Notes: generated by a model from the letters alone, not told the origin. 64,000 bases of DNA from Antedon mediterranea (GCF_964355755.1 NC_092673.1:33849648-33913647); one strand, 5' to 3'; shown: positions 1 to 13,475, counted from the first letter of the stretch. Translations and numbers: made by a program.

Positions 1-27
1 TTAATAATAATATTATTATAAGGTAGG

Positions 28-165
28 CCTGTCACGCCAAAATTGATCCGGCCAAAATCGGTCCGGCCGGATCAGTTTTGGCCGCCAAAACTGGTCCGGC
101 CGGATCGATTTTGGCGTTGAACAGCCGCTAAAACAGGTCCGGTTAGGCCAAAACTGGTCCGGCCT
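28..165. mobile_element. Probable DNA-transposon end with subterminal repeats (GGTCCGGCC / CCAAAA units in both orientations)
   Basis: Clustered repeats ccaaaa(c/t)tggtccggccggatc in direct and inverted orientation in otherwise AT-rich DNA; no partner end found in the window. Confidence 0.4.
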
Positions 166-234
166 TTAAAATCGCTTATTTATTCTTTAAAATGTGTTAA
201 GAAGCCTGCAAACAGTTCAAATGGTTAAAGTAAA

Positions 235-360
235 CTAAATATACTAAATATTACCGTACAAACGAAAAGAAATTATCGAAACACTAATTAAAGAAACTCT
301 AATCGGATTTTGGGATATTCTATTGTTCAGTTCGTTTAAAACTAATAGCGCCCTCTAGTA
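235..360. repeat. Dispersed repeat with an inverted copy at ~2983-3129
   Basis: ctaaatatactaaatattaccgta..cgaaaagaaattatcgaaac (235-283) is the reverse complement of 3082-3129; taatagcgccctct (343-356) matches the reverse complement of agagggcgctatta near 2984. Confidence 0.6.
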
Positions 361-1967
361 ACGCAACGAAATTTATAATATCCTTCCATAACACAATCTT
401 TTACTTTTCGCTCAAATGTATTGAATGTATTTTTATAACCTAGTGTTTATATACTTTTTAATGTAATAATATTTTATAAATGGTTGCATTTGAATTGTGT
501 ATTTAAGATAAGTCCATATTTATTTTATTTTGTTGCACATCTCTTGAGAATTGTGCCTCTGTTATATAAAGAGAAACAATAAAATTATTATTATTATTAG
601 TAATTTTATATTATGTCTAAGAAGATCTTAGATATTATGTACAAACTGAATACGTCTTGGGCGTATATAATAATGATTAATAATAAAATATAGAACGTTA
701 ATTATTATTAGTATAATTATTTTAGGTTGTTGTCATTACCGCTATAAGTATATTTTTTTTCCTTTGTTATTACACCTGCCTTATGTTTTCCAAGTCCACA
801 TTTTGGGACGAAAGTGGCCACCAAGGGCCTCTTATTATTAATAGTATAAAACAACAATGATAATAACAATCGATATGGGTAGCAATACTAAGATCAAAAA
901 TCGACAAAGACACCACAGTGGAACGACCGGTTCCCACATTCACGAATTTGGCTATACGACGAATGATGAACACGAGTTTCGTTATAGTCTTAGCGAAAAA
1001 ATAAATTAAACGTGAACACACTATCGTCACTAATCACATTGCAACCGTAACAAAATCGGCAACTTGTAATTTTGGAGGGATTATTTTTTATTTCAATCTT
1101 TGTTTTGAATGGCTTTTGTCTTTGTGAACGTTGACATAATGGCATAATTATTCGGAATTATGGAAGCCGTGAAACAGATGATATGTCGCAGGAAACGACC
1201 GATTTATAACCAAAATTTGCAGAACGCTGATGCCTATATCGTTCGTTCTTTTTACTTCTTGTCAAATCATAATTTGAATATATTCTGCCAAATTTGGCCC
1301 GGGAAATATTTTAAGAGCTGGAATTAGTTTCCAGATCGACGCAAAGTGCGCCTTAAGAACAAATCACAAGTGGGAACCGACGTGTTCAACACCGACTGCT
1401 TTACGTTCATCATGATTCTCTCGATCGAAGAGGGGATGCAAAAATATATAGAAGAGTATTTTCTTATGTTGCGCGCGCGTCAATACGATACGTTGCGGTA
1501 GGATGTTTTCGTTTAGTTTATACGTTGGTTAATGAAATATTTATTTTACATTTTTCTTCTTTACATAGTACTGTCGCTTCACCAACCACACTAACCGATA
1601 CTGATAATATTATTTGTCCATTATGAATACATTAGAAAAACATTTTTAAACTGGCGAATAATTAAATCAGTAATACTGTAGTATTGGCTACAATGGGAAA
1701 AATATACAAGTTTAAAATACTATATACAGAATAACTAAAGGAAAATAAATATCTTATTGTATTTATTCATACATTTAGACAATAGGCAAATATTATAGAT
1801 AATAAACATACATCAACATAATAATATTTAAATGCAAAAAAACACAAACACATTGTACATGGTAACGTAAATTTCTTTCTAAAAAAAAAGAACAAAAAAG
1901 CCAAACAGATTTGATTGAATATAAATAGAAGGAAAAATAAGAAATAAATTCCATAGTAACAAACTTA

Positions 1968-2860
1968 TTAACTATCTAAAGAATATTGATGATGGATTAA
2001 GAACTGTTTGTATTTTTTTAAAAACGAAAGTAATGTTTGTGATAATCTAATGTTTAAAGTTAAATTATTCCATAAAAATGGTCCGTTAAAAATGAAAGAA
2101 TTTTTCCTGAGGGCTATAGTGTACTTTTCATAAATAAAATGTTTCCGGGTAGATGACCTCGTCTTATAAGGATGAAGCTCACTAAACATTGTAAACAACG
2201 AGTTAAAATGAGAAGGGAGTTTTGGTTATTAATAACATGAAACATAAATACAAGAGTTTGCAGTTTGTTAATATCGAATATGTTTAAAGTGTTTAGCTGA
2301 TGGTGGAATAATTGCCTTGTATGGGATCTTGGGGTTGCTCCAGTGCCAATCCTTAGAGCCTTCTTTTGAAGCTTAAAGAGACAGTGAATTTTGGATGTTG
2401 ATGGAATAGTCCAAGGATCAGTCTGCAAAATGTTGTTAGAAATTGAAGCCCAAGCAATATTACAGTAGGTTAAGTATGATAAAATGAGAGTGTTGTAAAG
2501 CAAAAATAAAATATTGTATGGAAGAATATATTTTAATTTACTTAAAACACCAACATTTTTAGACACTGTTTTATTAGTAGGCCTAATCGCAATGTGTGTT
2601 TGCCAGTTCAATTTTGAATCAATTTGAATTTGAACCCAAAGAAATTTTAAATTGTTCCCTTTTTATATTGGGTTTCCATCGGTTATAATATCAAAAGGAA
2701 AAGTATTGTTACGGTTGTTGTGTAAAGTAGATGAAGTTAGTTTTAGATGTGTAAACCTAAAGAAACTCTATCAAGCACAGAATTAACATTAACAAGAGTG
2801 TTTAAATTTTTGTGAGAAAAGAAAATATTGTTGTCATCTGCGAATAAGATAAATTGGAAA
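1968..2860 (-). mobile_element. 5'-truncated, frameshifted non-LTR retrotransposon (CR1/L2-group) ORF2 3' fragment
   Basis: FADDNNIF (RT YADD-type motif) near 2830; ORFs 2114-2611 and 1968-2198 give typical LINE C-terminal blocks (LYNTLILSYLTYCNIAW, LQKKALRI, FNGPFLWNNL). Confidence 0.8.
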
Positions 2861-3128
2861 ATGAGGAAATATGTGAGAATATATAATCAAACCTTATTTA
2901 ATCAAAATATATAATACAACAATGAATGAAAAGTCCCTTTTTACTACGCTAAACACCACCCCCCTCCCCCAAAGAAAAAAATCAGAGGGCGCTATTACTT
3001 TATCCTACGATTTTTACAATAGAATAATGGAAGATTCCGAACCGAAATGCCGATTTATCCTTGCACATTTTAAATCACTCCGTTTCGATAATTTCTTTTC
3101 GATTTTACGGTAATATTTAGTATATTTA

Positions 3129-3583
3129 GGCGCTAATGCAGTTTCGTACCCACCCCTTAAAATTACTCAAAATCTTCATCCAATCTACTCACGAGTTGTC
3201 TACAACATTCTGCAATCACAAAATTGTAAAAAATCGATAATTTTTTATTTAAAACTATTTTTAATCAATTAATACTGAGCACCCTTCGGAAATACATCGC
3301 CAGCTTAGCTTCGCGAAAATCATCGCTAGGCCTGCCGATAAAAGTACGGAGGCCTCACAGGACATTAACTCTATTAATAGAGTAAACAGTTGCGTTCTAT
3401 AGAGGGCGTAGTTACTAACGTTTAAAGCACGCACCAAATAATTATAATTTTCATTATTTCCGACATGCGTTTCGTATTTTTTATGCTTGCTGAATGCTGT
3501 AGACAACTCGTGAGTAGGCTAGATGAAGTATTGAAATCATTTTGAGTAATTTTAAGGGGTGGGTACGAAACTGCATTAGCGCC
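3129..3583. mobile_element. MITE with long (~100 bp) terminal inverted repeats
   Basis: ggcgctaatgcagtttcgtacccaccccttaaaattactcaaaa at 3129 is the reverse complement of the end at 3583; inner arms ctactcacgagttgtctaca / tgtagacaactcgtgagtag also pair. TSD not resolved. Confidence 0.8.
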
Positions 3584-4009
3584 CTCTAATTTCCATTATT
3601 CACCTAGGCTAGGCCTACATGGTCATTTTAAAAGACAATAACAATAGGAATAGGCCTAGGCCTAGCACGTTTTCTTACCCACCACCACACGGACCACACC
3701 ACTCGCTTTGCTAGATAAAATGGAATAACATGTGGGTACCACCAAAGTGGTGGTAAAAGCAAACCTCTAAAAAGTATGGAACGTCAAAGGTGCCTTTTGA
3801 GTGACAATATCAAAGTACAGAACACGTATCCTCCAAGCTTCTTCTCTAGCCAAATGATATGAAATGTTTTTAATGCTGATATATATATATATATACTTCG
3901 CACTTCACGCCAAAAAGTCTTGGTAAAGTTTTTACCATTACCTTTCCTACTGAAGAGTATTTGAACTCGGAATATTAAGTTTCTCTAGTTTCCCTTTTTT
4001 GGCAGTACA

Positions 4010-4170
4010 GAATCCAACCCTGACCAACAATTATGTTTTGCAGATTAAAGCAGACCTGTCCTCCAATATGTTATAAAGATTTGGCAAGATCTTCTTGAGA
4101 TATCTTGTAAATGGATGGACAGACAGACATATGAGGATAACAACATTGTCCTTGGCGGAAGTGTAAATAA
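4010..4170 (+). mobile_element. Possible Helentron-associated (HINE/DINE-like) non-autonomous element remnant
   Basis: gagatatcttgtaaatggatggacagacagac microsatellite followed by ccttggcggaag; resembles the usual HINE layout. Pattern recognition only. Confidence 0.3.
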
Positions 4171-4202
4171 ATTTTAATTTTAATAAGTTAAGAATGCAAT
4201 TA

Positions 4203-4645
4203 CCATATTTATTCGAATAAACTCCCTGGGACGTTAATTGTTTGGGTTGGGGGGTTTAAGGCAGCGTTTATTGTTCAGGAGGGTTTTTAAGGGGCGTTTA
4301 TTCAAGGGAGGCATTTATTCGAAGGAGACATTTATTATTTTTGGTGTAATATGGTAACATGTATAATCAAATAAATACACCCACCCTAGGTATGATAAAA
4401 AATACAACACAATTAATATCAAGAAGTGAAAAAATACAGTAAAAATGCTTGGTCAATTGCATATCATGGATGTGTATTGTATATATTTTTGTGGACATTT
4501 GATGAGGAAAAAAATAAAGGCCCTGAGCGTTTAATTTGAGGGGGATGGGGGCTTTATTCCGAATGATGTTCCCTAGTGGGGAAGGGGAATGGGGGTTAGG
4601 TTGCAGGGCTTATTCAACACAGAGCGTTTAATTGAATGAATACGG
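4203..4645. mobile_element. Tc1/mariner-pogo-type MITE (TA TSD)
   Basis: TA|CCATATTTATTCGAATAAAC ... GTTTAATTGAATGAATACGG|TA degenerate TIRs with internal gcgtttatt repeats; a related left end lies at ~25531. Confidence 0.65.
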
Positions 4646-4936
4646 TACATTTCCAAATCCAATTGATATTCAATGACAGCTCATCAAAAGTTCAGTTGCG
4701 CACTTTCCTTTTGACATCCAAGAAATTATAAGCTTTTCCAAGTCATCACTCTCAACATAAGTCTATCATTAGCGCACATTCGTTTCACAAATACTAGACC
4801 TAGACCAGGCCTTGTCTTTTGTATTTTGGTGTGTAGAAGCTTACCAAATTTACCTCAATGGCAGTTTAGGAGTGTGTTAGGTGAGTGATCACACTCGCTC
4901 GCCTTAAAAGACAAGGTCTGCTAGACTGATGATTAA

Positions 4937-5567
4937 AGCCCCATTCCCTACGTTTTTTAGATCTAATTTAAGATCACAAACTATATTTAATGTAAAAATA
5001 ATACTATATGGTCCTATTGCGATAACTTTTTTCGTCTTTAAACGGTTAAAAATGTGAAAAATAAATCGATTCTAATAATTATAGCGGCCCGCTATAAATC
5101 CCAAAATGCATTGCGCGCGGATTGATATTTTTGTTTTTCACCTGTAATTCGCCCACTTTTCGATCGATCGTGAAGCCAAAACAAATGGAAGACTCCTAAC
5201 TTTTCAGCGAAAATACCGGGTTTTCCCCAATTTGTATCAACGGAGTCTGGCAAAAATAGAAAGACAATTAATGCAGCAACTATACAACGTCAGGCTAGGT
5301 ATATAGCTAGCGTAGGATGTTCGTACGTTATCGATGTTTACCAGCTAGGCCTACTGTACAAAACTAAGCCTAGCTAGGCTAGGCCTAAGACCGTCCACGA
5401 GAGGTCGATCGCCGCGAGCTACTTAGGTAGTGCATTGTTTCTCACTTTTTATCATAATTTACCATAAAACGTACATTTAAGACAAGGAATGACATGGTTT
5501 AATGTTTTTAAAGTGATATATATGTATTATTTTCAAAAAAACGTCCAAAATTGCAGGGAAGGGGTCT
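4937..5567. mobile_element. Kolobok-type non-autonomous DNA transposon, copy 1 (TTAA TSD)
   Basis: TTAA|AGCCCCATTCCCT ... AGGGAAGGGGTCT|TTAA. The paralogous site in the duplicate (~6515, gatgaTTAAcaccc) is empty. A near-identical copy lies at 54277-54897. Confidence 0.85.
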
Positions 5568-5754
5568 TTAACACCCTCTCTCCCACAACATGCTTACATA
5601 AACATGTTTAATAAAATGAAGTCAAAACAGAATTTACCTTTAAAAAATGTCTTTTATTAAAAAATAATTTATCATATACATTTATATATTTCATTGTTTT
5701 CTCTGGTTATATAGCACCATTTCTGTATTCTCAATTCTCTACCACAAATGCACG

Positions 5755-6222
5755 AATTAAGTTTGATAATAGCACCTGTACAGTAAATTAAGTTTGATAA
5801 ACAGACAATAGCACCTGTACAGTAAATTAAGTTTGACAATTACAATCAAATGTATTAATATGTATGGCAGAATTACATCTTGAAACAGACAATAGCACCT
5901 GTACAGTAAATTAAGTTTGACAATTACAATCAAATGTATTAATATGTATGGCAGAATTACATCTTGAAACAGACAATAGCACCTGTACAGTAAATTAAGT
6001 TTGACAATTACAATCAAATGTATTAATATGTATGGCAGAATTACATCTTGAAACACACAATAGTACCTGTACAGTAAATTAAGTTTGACAATTACAATCA
6101 AATGTATTAATATGTATGGCAGAATTACATCTTGAAACACACAATAGCACCTGTACAGTAAATTAAGTTTGACAATTACAATCAAATGTATTAATATGTA
6201 TGGCAGAATTACATCTTGAAAC
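5755..6222. repeat. 84-bp minisatellite (~5.5 units)
   Basis: Unit acaatagcacctgtacagtaaattaagtttgacaattacaatc...catcttgaaac; produces the spurious 28-aa-repeat ORF 5757-6224. Confidence 0.95.
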
Positions 6223-6701
6223 ATTGGTACATTTCCAAATCCAATTGATATTTAATGACAGCTCATCAAAAGTTCAGTTGCGCACTTTCCTTTTGACATC
6301 CAAGAAATTATAAGCTTTTCCAAGTCATCACTCTCAACATAAGTCTATCATTAGCGCACATTCGTTTCACAAATACTAGACCTAGACCAGGCCTTGTCTT
6401 TTGTATTTTGGTGTGTAGAAGCTTACCAAATTTACCTCAATGGCAGTTTAGGAGTGTGTTAGGTGAGTGATCACACTCGCTCGCCTTAAAAGACAAGGTC
6501 TGCTAGACTGATGATTAACACCCTCTCTCCCACAACACGCTTACATAAACATGTTTAATAAAATGAAGTCAAAACAGAATTTACCTTTAAAAAATGTCTT
6601 TTATTAAAAAATAATTTATCATATACATTTATATATTTCATTGTTTTCTCTGGTTATATAGCACCATTTCTGTATTCTCAATTCTCTACCACAAATGCAC
6701 G

Positions 6702-7296
6702 AATTAAGTTTGATAATAGCACCTGTACAGTAAATTAAGTTTGACAATTACAATCAAATGTATTAATATGTATGGCAGAATTACATCTTGAAACAGACAA
6801 TAGCACCTGTACAGTAAATTAAGTTTGACAATTACAATCAAATGTATTAATATGTATGGCAGAATTACATCTTGAAACAGACAATAGCACCTGTACAGTA
6901 AATTAAGTTTGACAATTACAATCAAATGTATTAATATGTATGGCAGAATTACATCTTGAAACACACAATAGCACCTGTACAGTAAATTAAGTTTGACAAT
7001 TACAATCAAATGTATTAATATGTATGGCAGAATTACATCTTGAAACACACAATAGCACCTGTACAGTAAATTAAGTTTGACAATTACAATCAAATGTATT
7101 AATATGTATGGCAGAATTACATCTTGAAACACACAATAGCACCTGTACAGTAAATTAAGTTTGACAATTACAATCAAATGTATTAATATGTATGGCAGAA
7201 TTACATCTTGAAACACACAATAGCACCTGTACAGTAAATTAAGTTTGACAATTATAATCAAATGTATTAATATGTATGGCAGAATTACATCTTGAA
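6702..7296. repeat. 84-bp minisatellite (~7 units), duplicate array
   Basis: Same unit as 5755-6222; spurious ORF 6704-7318. Confidence 0.95.
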
Positions 7297-8052
7297 AGTT
7301 GTTATTGCACTTATTCACCTACTTGTTACATTTGCAGAGTTGATTTCCTCAAAATAATGAGCACCAAAAAAATAAATTAAAATATCTCTCAATTAAAATC
7401 TAAAAAGTACAAAATACTGTAAAATCTCAGTAATATAACTATCCTAATATATATCTTGTTAAAACATGCTAATCTATGGAGAATATACAATATTTACAAA
7501 TAAATTAATTAAAAATATAAAACTGTTTAATATTTACAAATAATAAATTAATTTCAAATATAGAACTCTAAAATATTTCAATCATAATACTGTATAATAA
7601 AGATATTATTTATTGGTCCATCATAAAATATGTTGGAAATTCATTTTCAAAATGGCATACATACAAAAATAAATATAAAAATCTACAAATATATAAATAT
7701 AAAACAAATACTGACATCTTATTGCACACTGATTATATAATGTTATTGCATTCATTACAAATGAAAAATAATGTCTATTAGGTGATGACAGGGAGCTTGT
7801 TATCTTAGACCAGAATGCATAAATATATATTAACTATGTAGAGTGTGGGATTCATCCAACATAATATAATATATACAATTTATAATATATCAATGATTTT
7901 AAATATAGCACTGTAGAATGTTTACAAATAATAAATCAACCATTTCATATAACATTATACAAGCAGGTTTATAAAAGAGCCTGTTTCTGATGAGAAAGAG
8001 AATATGGATGTAAAATACTGTATTTTGAAAGGTATTGTCTTGTCAGCAGAAA

Positions 8053-8572
8053 TATGTGTCTACATTGTATTTATCTGTCTGCTGCCATCATGTAAAGTGA
8101 TTTGATATTAATACACGTTATTTAGTTTGATAAGATGATATATACTGTATATATAAAATGTGTCCACATTGTATTTATCTGTCTGCTGCCATCATGTAAA
8201 GTGATTTGATATTAATACATGTTATTTAGTTTGATAAGATGATATATACTGTATATATAAAATGTGTCCACATTGTATTTATCTGTCTGCTGCCATCATG
8301 TAAAGTGATTTGATATTAATACATGTTATTTAGTTTGATAAGATGATATATACTGTATATATAAAATGTGTCCACATTGTATTTATCTGTCTGCTGCCAT
8401 CATGTAAAGTGATTTGATATTAATACATGTTATTTAGTTTGATAAGATGATATACTGTTATATATAAAGTGTGTCCACATTGTATTTATCTGTCTGCTGC
8501 CATCATGTAAAGTGATTTGATATTAATACACGTTATTTAGTTTAATAAGATGATATATACTGTATATATAAA
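8053..8572. repeat. 104-bp minisatellite (~5 units)
   Basis: tgtccacattgtatttatctgtctgctgccatc recurs at 8161, 8265 and 8369 (period 104). Confidence 0.95.
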
Positions 8573-8666
8573 AAATGAATAAACATCAGCAAAAAGAAAC
8601 AATAGTAGTATTATAGGTATCCAATCTATTATTAATGGTTTATCATTAAATTTATTATTATATACA

Positions 8667-9213
8667 AACAAGGGCAACAATTTCCAACGTATCTATAATA
8701 TTTCTGCCCTTCTTCAATGGGAGCAAGGACAACGATTTCCAATTTATCTATAATATTTCTGCCCTGTTCAATAGGAGCAAGGGCAACGATTTCAACATAT
8801 CTACAATATTTCTGCCCTGCTTCAATAGGAGCAAGGGCAACGATTTCAACGTATCTACAATATTTCTGCCCTGCTTCAATAGGAGCAAGGGCAATGATTT
8901 CCAACGTATCTATAATATTTCTGCCCTGCTTCAATAGGAGAAAAGGCAACGATTTCCAACGCATCTATAATATTTCTGCCCTGCTTCAATAGGAGCAAGG
9001 GCAACGATTTTCAACGTATCTATGATATTTCTGCCCTGCTTCAATAGGAGCAAGGGCAACGATTTCCAACGTATCTATGATATTTCTGCCCTGCTTCAAT
9101 AGAATCAAGGGCAACGATTTCCAACGTATCTATAATATTTCTGGCCTGCTTCAATAGGAGCAAGGGCAACAATTTCCATTGTATCTATAATATTTCTGCC
9201 CTGCATCAATAGG
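8667..9213. repeat. ~54-55-bp minisatellite (~10 units)
   Basis: Unit caagggcaacgatttccaacgtatctataatatttctgccctgcttcaataggag; explains ORFs 8632-8964, 8717-8992 and 9105-9290. Confidence 0.95.
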
Positions 9214-9921
9214 ACTAGAACGCATAAATATATATTGACTATGTAGAGAGTGAGATTCATCCAACAATATAATATATTATAATATAGCAATTACAATTAA
9301 CAATTACAGAAAGAATAATAAAATTGAGAAAGAATATACCTGAATGGTCTCATCATAATGAGATATCAATGTAAAGCTAATGATAATGATGAACAATAAA
9401 GGGCGATTGTTATAAATGCACAATGGTATATTCTAGGTAACAATACTGATCATTAGAATGTTTCTGTTAAATCTTATTTTTGAAATTCTGTTCCAAAACA
9501 GAAATCAAATTAAAAAAAATATCAGCAAAATGAAACAATAGTAATAGGTATAGGTGTAGTAGGTGTACTATAATTATTGGTTAATCACAAAAATGAAGAT
9601 TAACCAATAAAAAAAAACATCTGTATGGTTTGTATGGTCAAAACATAGAAAATAAAAACTAATTACCAAGTAAATTACAATGACAATCACTGTCACTTCA
9701 CTGATGGTGAAAATTAAAGGCCCAATCTAATAATGTTTGATATTCTACAAAAGTCACATTTGTCTAGTTTATTTTTTATATCCAAATATGTATCTAATTA
9801 CACAAATAAATTAACTGAAGAATATATAATTTCTGCTGAGCTACTGTATGTATTTCATAGTCAGGTCCAATTATTTGAGATTTTTAAGTGACATATATGC
9901 TTTCAAGATTTGTCTACTTTT

Positions 9922-12900
9922 CTAATATAGGTCAAACCAATGACAACCACTGATCCATTCTAATCTAGCAACTGATGTTTCATCTGTGATGTCTGAAAGG
10001 TCATTGCCCCTAAGATTCAGCATACCTTTTTTCAATACTATTCCATTTCTTTCACATTCATTCAGTAAATACAAAATGATACCACCTGAAAGATTGCAAT
10101 CTGCTAAATTTACATGTTCTAGATTTGGAGATAATTTTAATAAAAGAGCCAATTTCCTACCAATTGAAGATATGTCAAGCCGACTTAAATCCAACTTTTT
10201 CCAAGTAAATATCCTATCATGATCAAAACAGGCATCTATAAGATCATTTAGGTTAACAACAGACAGACTGTAATCACACCAATCAAATGTGTCATAATCT
10301 CTATGAACCAAAAACCATAAAAGTGAAACACCATCAATATCTGAAAGATTGTTTCCCTTCAAATTTAGCATGCCAGGTTTCAATACCACATTGTTTTGAT
10401 CAAATACATCCAGTAATTCTATTATCATACTACCTGAGAGATGACAATTTCTCATATCAAGAAGTTGTAGTTGTGGAGAAAATTTTAATAAACAAGCTAA
10501 TTTTGATCCTTCAATTGAAGATAGGTTAACTCCACTTAAAATCAATTTTGTCCATATCAATATCCTACCATGCTCATAAAAGGCATCTGCAAGACTTCTT
10601 ATGTTATCAACTGACAGGCTGTAATCAGCAGGCTTAAATGTGTGTTCCTTTTGATAATATCTATCATAATGTTTAAGTAAATTCAATAACTTAGAAAGTG
10701 TAACACCATCAATATCTGAAAGATTGTTTCCCTTTAAAACAAGCATGTTAGATTTCAATACCACATTGTTTTTATCACATTCATTAAATAAATCTTTTAT
10801 AATACTACCAGAGAGATGGCAATTACTCATATCAAGACGATTTAGTTGTGGAGAGAATTTCAATAAACAAGCCAATTTAGATCCTTCAATTGAAGACAGA
10901 TTAATCCCACTTAAATACAACCATTTCCATGTCAATATCCGATCATGTGCACAACATATATCTATAAGACCTCTTAGGTGATCAACTGATAGGTTATAAT
11001 CAGTCAATGTGAAATAAGCCTTGTCATTAGAAGCTAGATTCACCAACTTAAAAAGTGTAACACCATCAATATCTGAAAGATTGTTTTCCTTTAGACCAAG
11101 CATGCCAGGTTTCAATACCACATTGTTTTTATCACATTCATTCAATAAATCTTTTATAATACTACCAGAGAGATGGCAATTACTCATATGAAGATGTTGT
11201 AGTTGTGGAGAGAATTTCAATAAACAAGCTAATTTTGATACTTCAAGTGAAGATAGGTTTAGATCTGTTAAACACACAAATGTCCATTTCAAATTTGTAC
11301 CATGTTCTTCACAGACATCTGCAAGCTCTCCAATGTTATCAACTGACAGACTATTGCCTGTAGTAAATGTGAGTGGTTCATCATCATCAATTAGATTCAC
11401 CAACTTAGAAAGTGAAACCCCATTTATATCACTTAAATCATTTTGATAAAGTGTAATCTTAAGATTAACTGGTAAGATATGTTCAACTAAAACCTGGTTC
11501 AATTCCTCACCAGTTACACTGTTAGGTTCAAAATGCAGATATTCAAGGTTAGGTGAATATTTCAACAAATAACTCAAGAATTTAGGACTCACTGACTTGT
11601 CAATTATTAAATCTCCATAACCATTGTATTTAAATTGAAATTTGTCCATTTCAGTTGAGAGGATATCAATCTCGTCTTCAAAAAAATCCAAAGATGATAT
11701 ATCATATGTTTTACCAAAATGGGTGTAGTTCGTTTCCTTTTCTCCATGTGTGATTATAAAAAAATGAACTAACATAGCACAGACATTGGTTGGTTTAGTG
11801 GCTTTTGATTCTTTAATATGTGAAAGCCAATCATTAACCTCATATAAAAAATACTCATCTTCAAGGCATCTGCTCATAAGTTGTATCAAATGTTCATTTT
11901 CCTCTAATAGAGTTGCTCTTTCCCCACATATATAACATCTATATGTCCCACTATTGAAAGATAAAATATATCTATATGACTCGGTCATTTCTGAACATGT
12001 TTCGTTTAGTACTTTATCACTTGATATTTTTGTATCTAATTCTTCTATTACAGAATGTTCATGTTCTGCCTTTACATATTTGAAATACTTTGCTAGTGAA
12101 TGCAAGTTTGAAGCTTTTACCTTCAACCAATGTTTCATGAATCTACCAGCATCAGCACCTAGGAATCCTATAGTGAATATGATTGTCATATGTAGATATT
12201 CATTAGATATTATGTCACACTCCTCTTCCGTCATATCACCCAACTTACACTTCTCAGCGAGGTAATACCCAGCTAATGCCTCTGAAACTAACTTGTGTGG
12301 TGGAGCAAACATCTCATTTTTATCACTTTTACTAAGAGGTGGATTTTTGTAAACAAATCCAATTTTGAGTGCCAAGTCCACTATTGATTTATCAAACATG
12401 TTTGTGAACTCAAACTTGTCAATTATCAGTTTATTTGTCTTTAGTCCTTCATAGATCCATTTACCTAATGCTAGCATTGGAGTTTTATATTCAAATGGAA
12501 TTTTCTCAAAACTGGCAATTTCAGATTTGTTTTCATCACTATTTACCTTGGATAAATATTGATTTAAAGTACAACAAATTATTTCTTTGAAAAGATCTGA
12601 TAAGTCATTTGGAAGGTTTCCGGATTCTTCCCATATTTTGCATATCATAAGTAATAACAAAGGAGATGAACACAATTCAAATACTGAATGATGCTCTTGT
12701 GTGTGTGAATTACACCTTAATTTCCTAAATAGCCTTTCCCCTAAATCCTTATTATTTGCAAAATATCTATCAATGTAGTTCTTTATACTTGTTTCACTGA
12801 ATCCATTTACCTCCACATGCACATCACATTTATCAATAAATTTTGCAGTGTTTTCAGGTCGTGATGTTATTAATGTTGTGTTTTTAAAATCTGTATTTTT

Positions 12901-13475
12901 AAATAAGATTATAGGATCATCAGCACCTTGCTGTAACTCATCTAATCCATCTAATAGTAAGACTATTTCATCCCCATGCTTAATCATGAAAGTTTCAATT
13001 ACTTGTCTAGACTTTTCATTGCTGTGTGTATCCATGTGAACAGTGAATGTTGGAAGATAAATATTACTAATAATGGCATCTAAGATTGTCTTTTGAGCGT
13101 GTAAGTCTCTGATGTTTACTAGAAACACTATTTTATCAGAAAATGTTTTATCTTTACCTGTAGCCCAGTTATAAGTAATGTATCTAAGAAGGGTTGTCTT
13201 TCCCATCCCTCCTTTACCTGTAAATATGATTTTACGAGCATTTATATCTTTTATCATCTCCAATATCTCTCCCAATGTTTTAGGTATTTTTTCTTTCTGG
13301 TCATGTTGGCTTCTCTTCTGTTTTGTAGCTTCTTCTTGATTTTCTTTCTTACTTGATTGAAGTAACTTGAGATCAGTGAATAACTCTTCAATATTGAGGT
13401 CCTCAAGAACGGCTGTATCCAGTTTGTTAAAATCTTTATATAATTCTTGTTGCTTTTTTTTCAGGTATTCTTTAA
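9922..13475 (-). CDS. NLR terminal exon (NACHT + helical domains + LRR)
   Basis: Polypyrimidine acceptor tttctttttaaaacAG at 13477-13476; the frame is open 66 codons upstream of the listed ORF (13275) through to the stop at 9922. Confidence 0.93.

Larger units (their letters stand above)
4644..7296. repeat. Recent tandem segmental duplication (copy 1 ~4644-6222, copy 2 ~6226-7296)
   Basis: ggtacatttccaaatccaattgata... recurs nearly identically at 4644 and 6226. The copies differ by a Kolobok insertion in copy 1 and by minisatellite copy number. Confidence 0.9.

Noticed and set aside
5757-7318. Hydrophobic 28-aa-repeat ORFs (155 and 204 aa)
   Set aside because: Translation of an 84-bp minisatellite whose unit is a multiple of 3; no splice or start context, and copy number differs between duplicates.
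8632-9290. Repeat ORFs on both strands; CRISPR-like or ribozyme-like appearance of the 54-bp array
   Set aside because: Head-to-tail units without unique spacers, units of 54-55 bp break the frame, no cas genes, and no hammerhead core (CUGANGA..GAAA).
9986-13039. Plus-strand ORFs overlapping the NLR exon (and similar ones over pol, ORF2 and the DED exons)
   Set aside because: Antisense shadows of real coding frames with no recognisable motifs.
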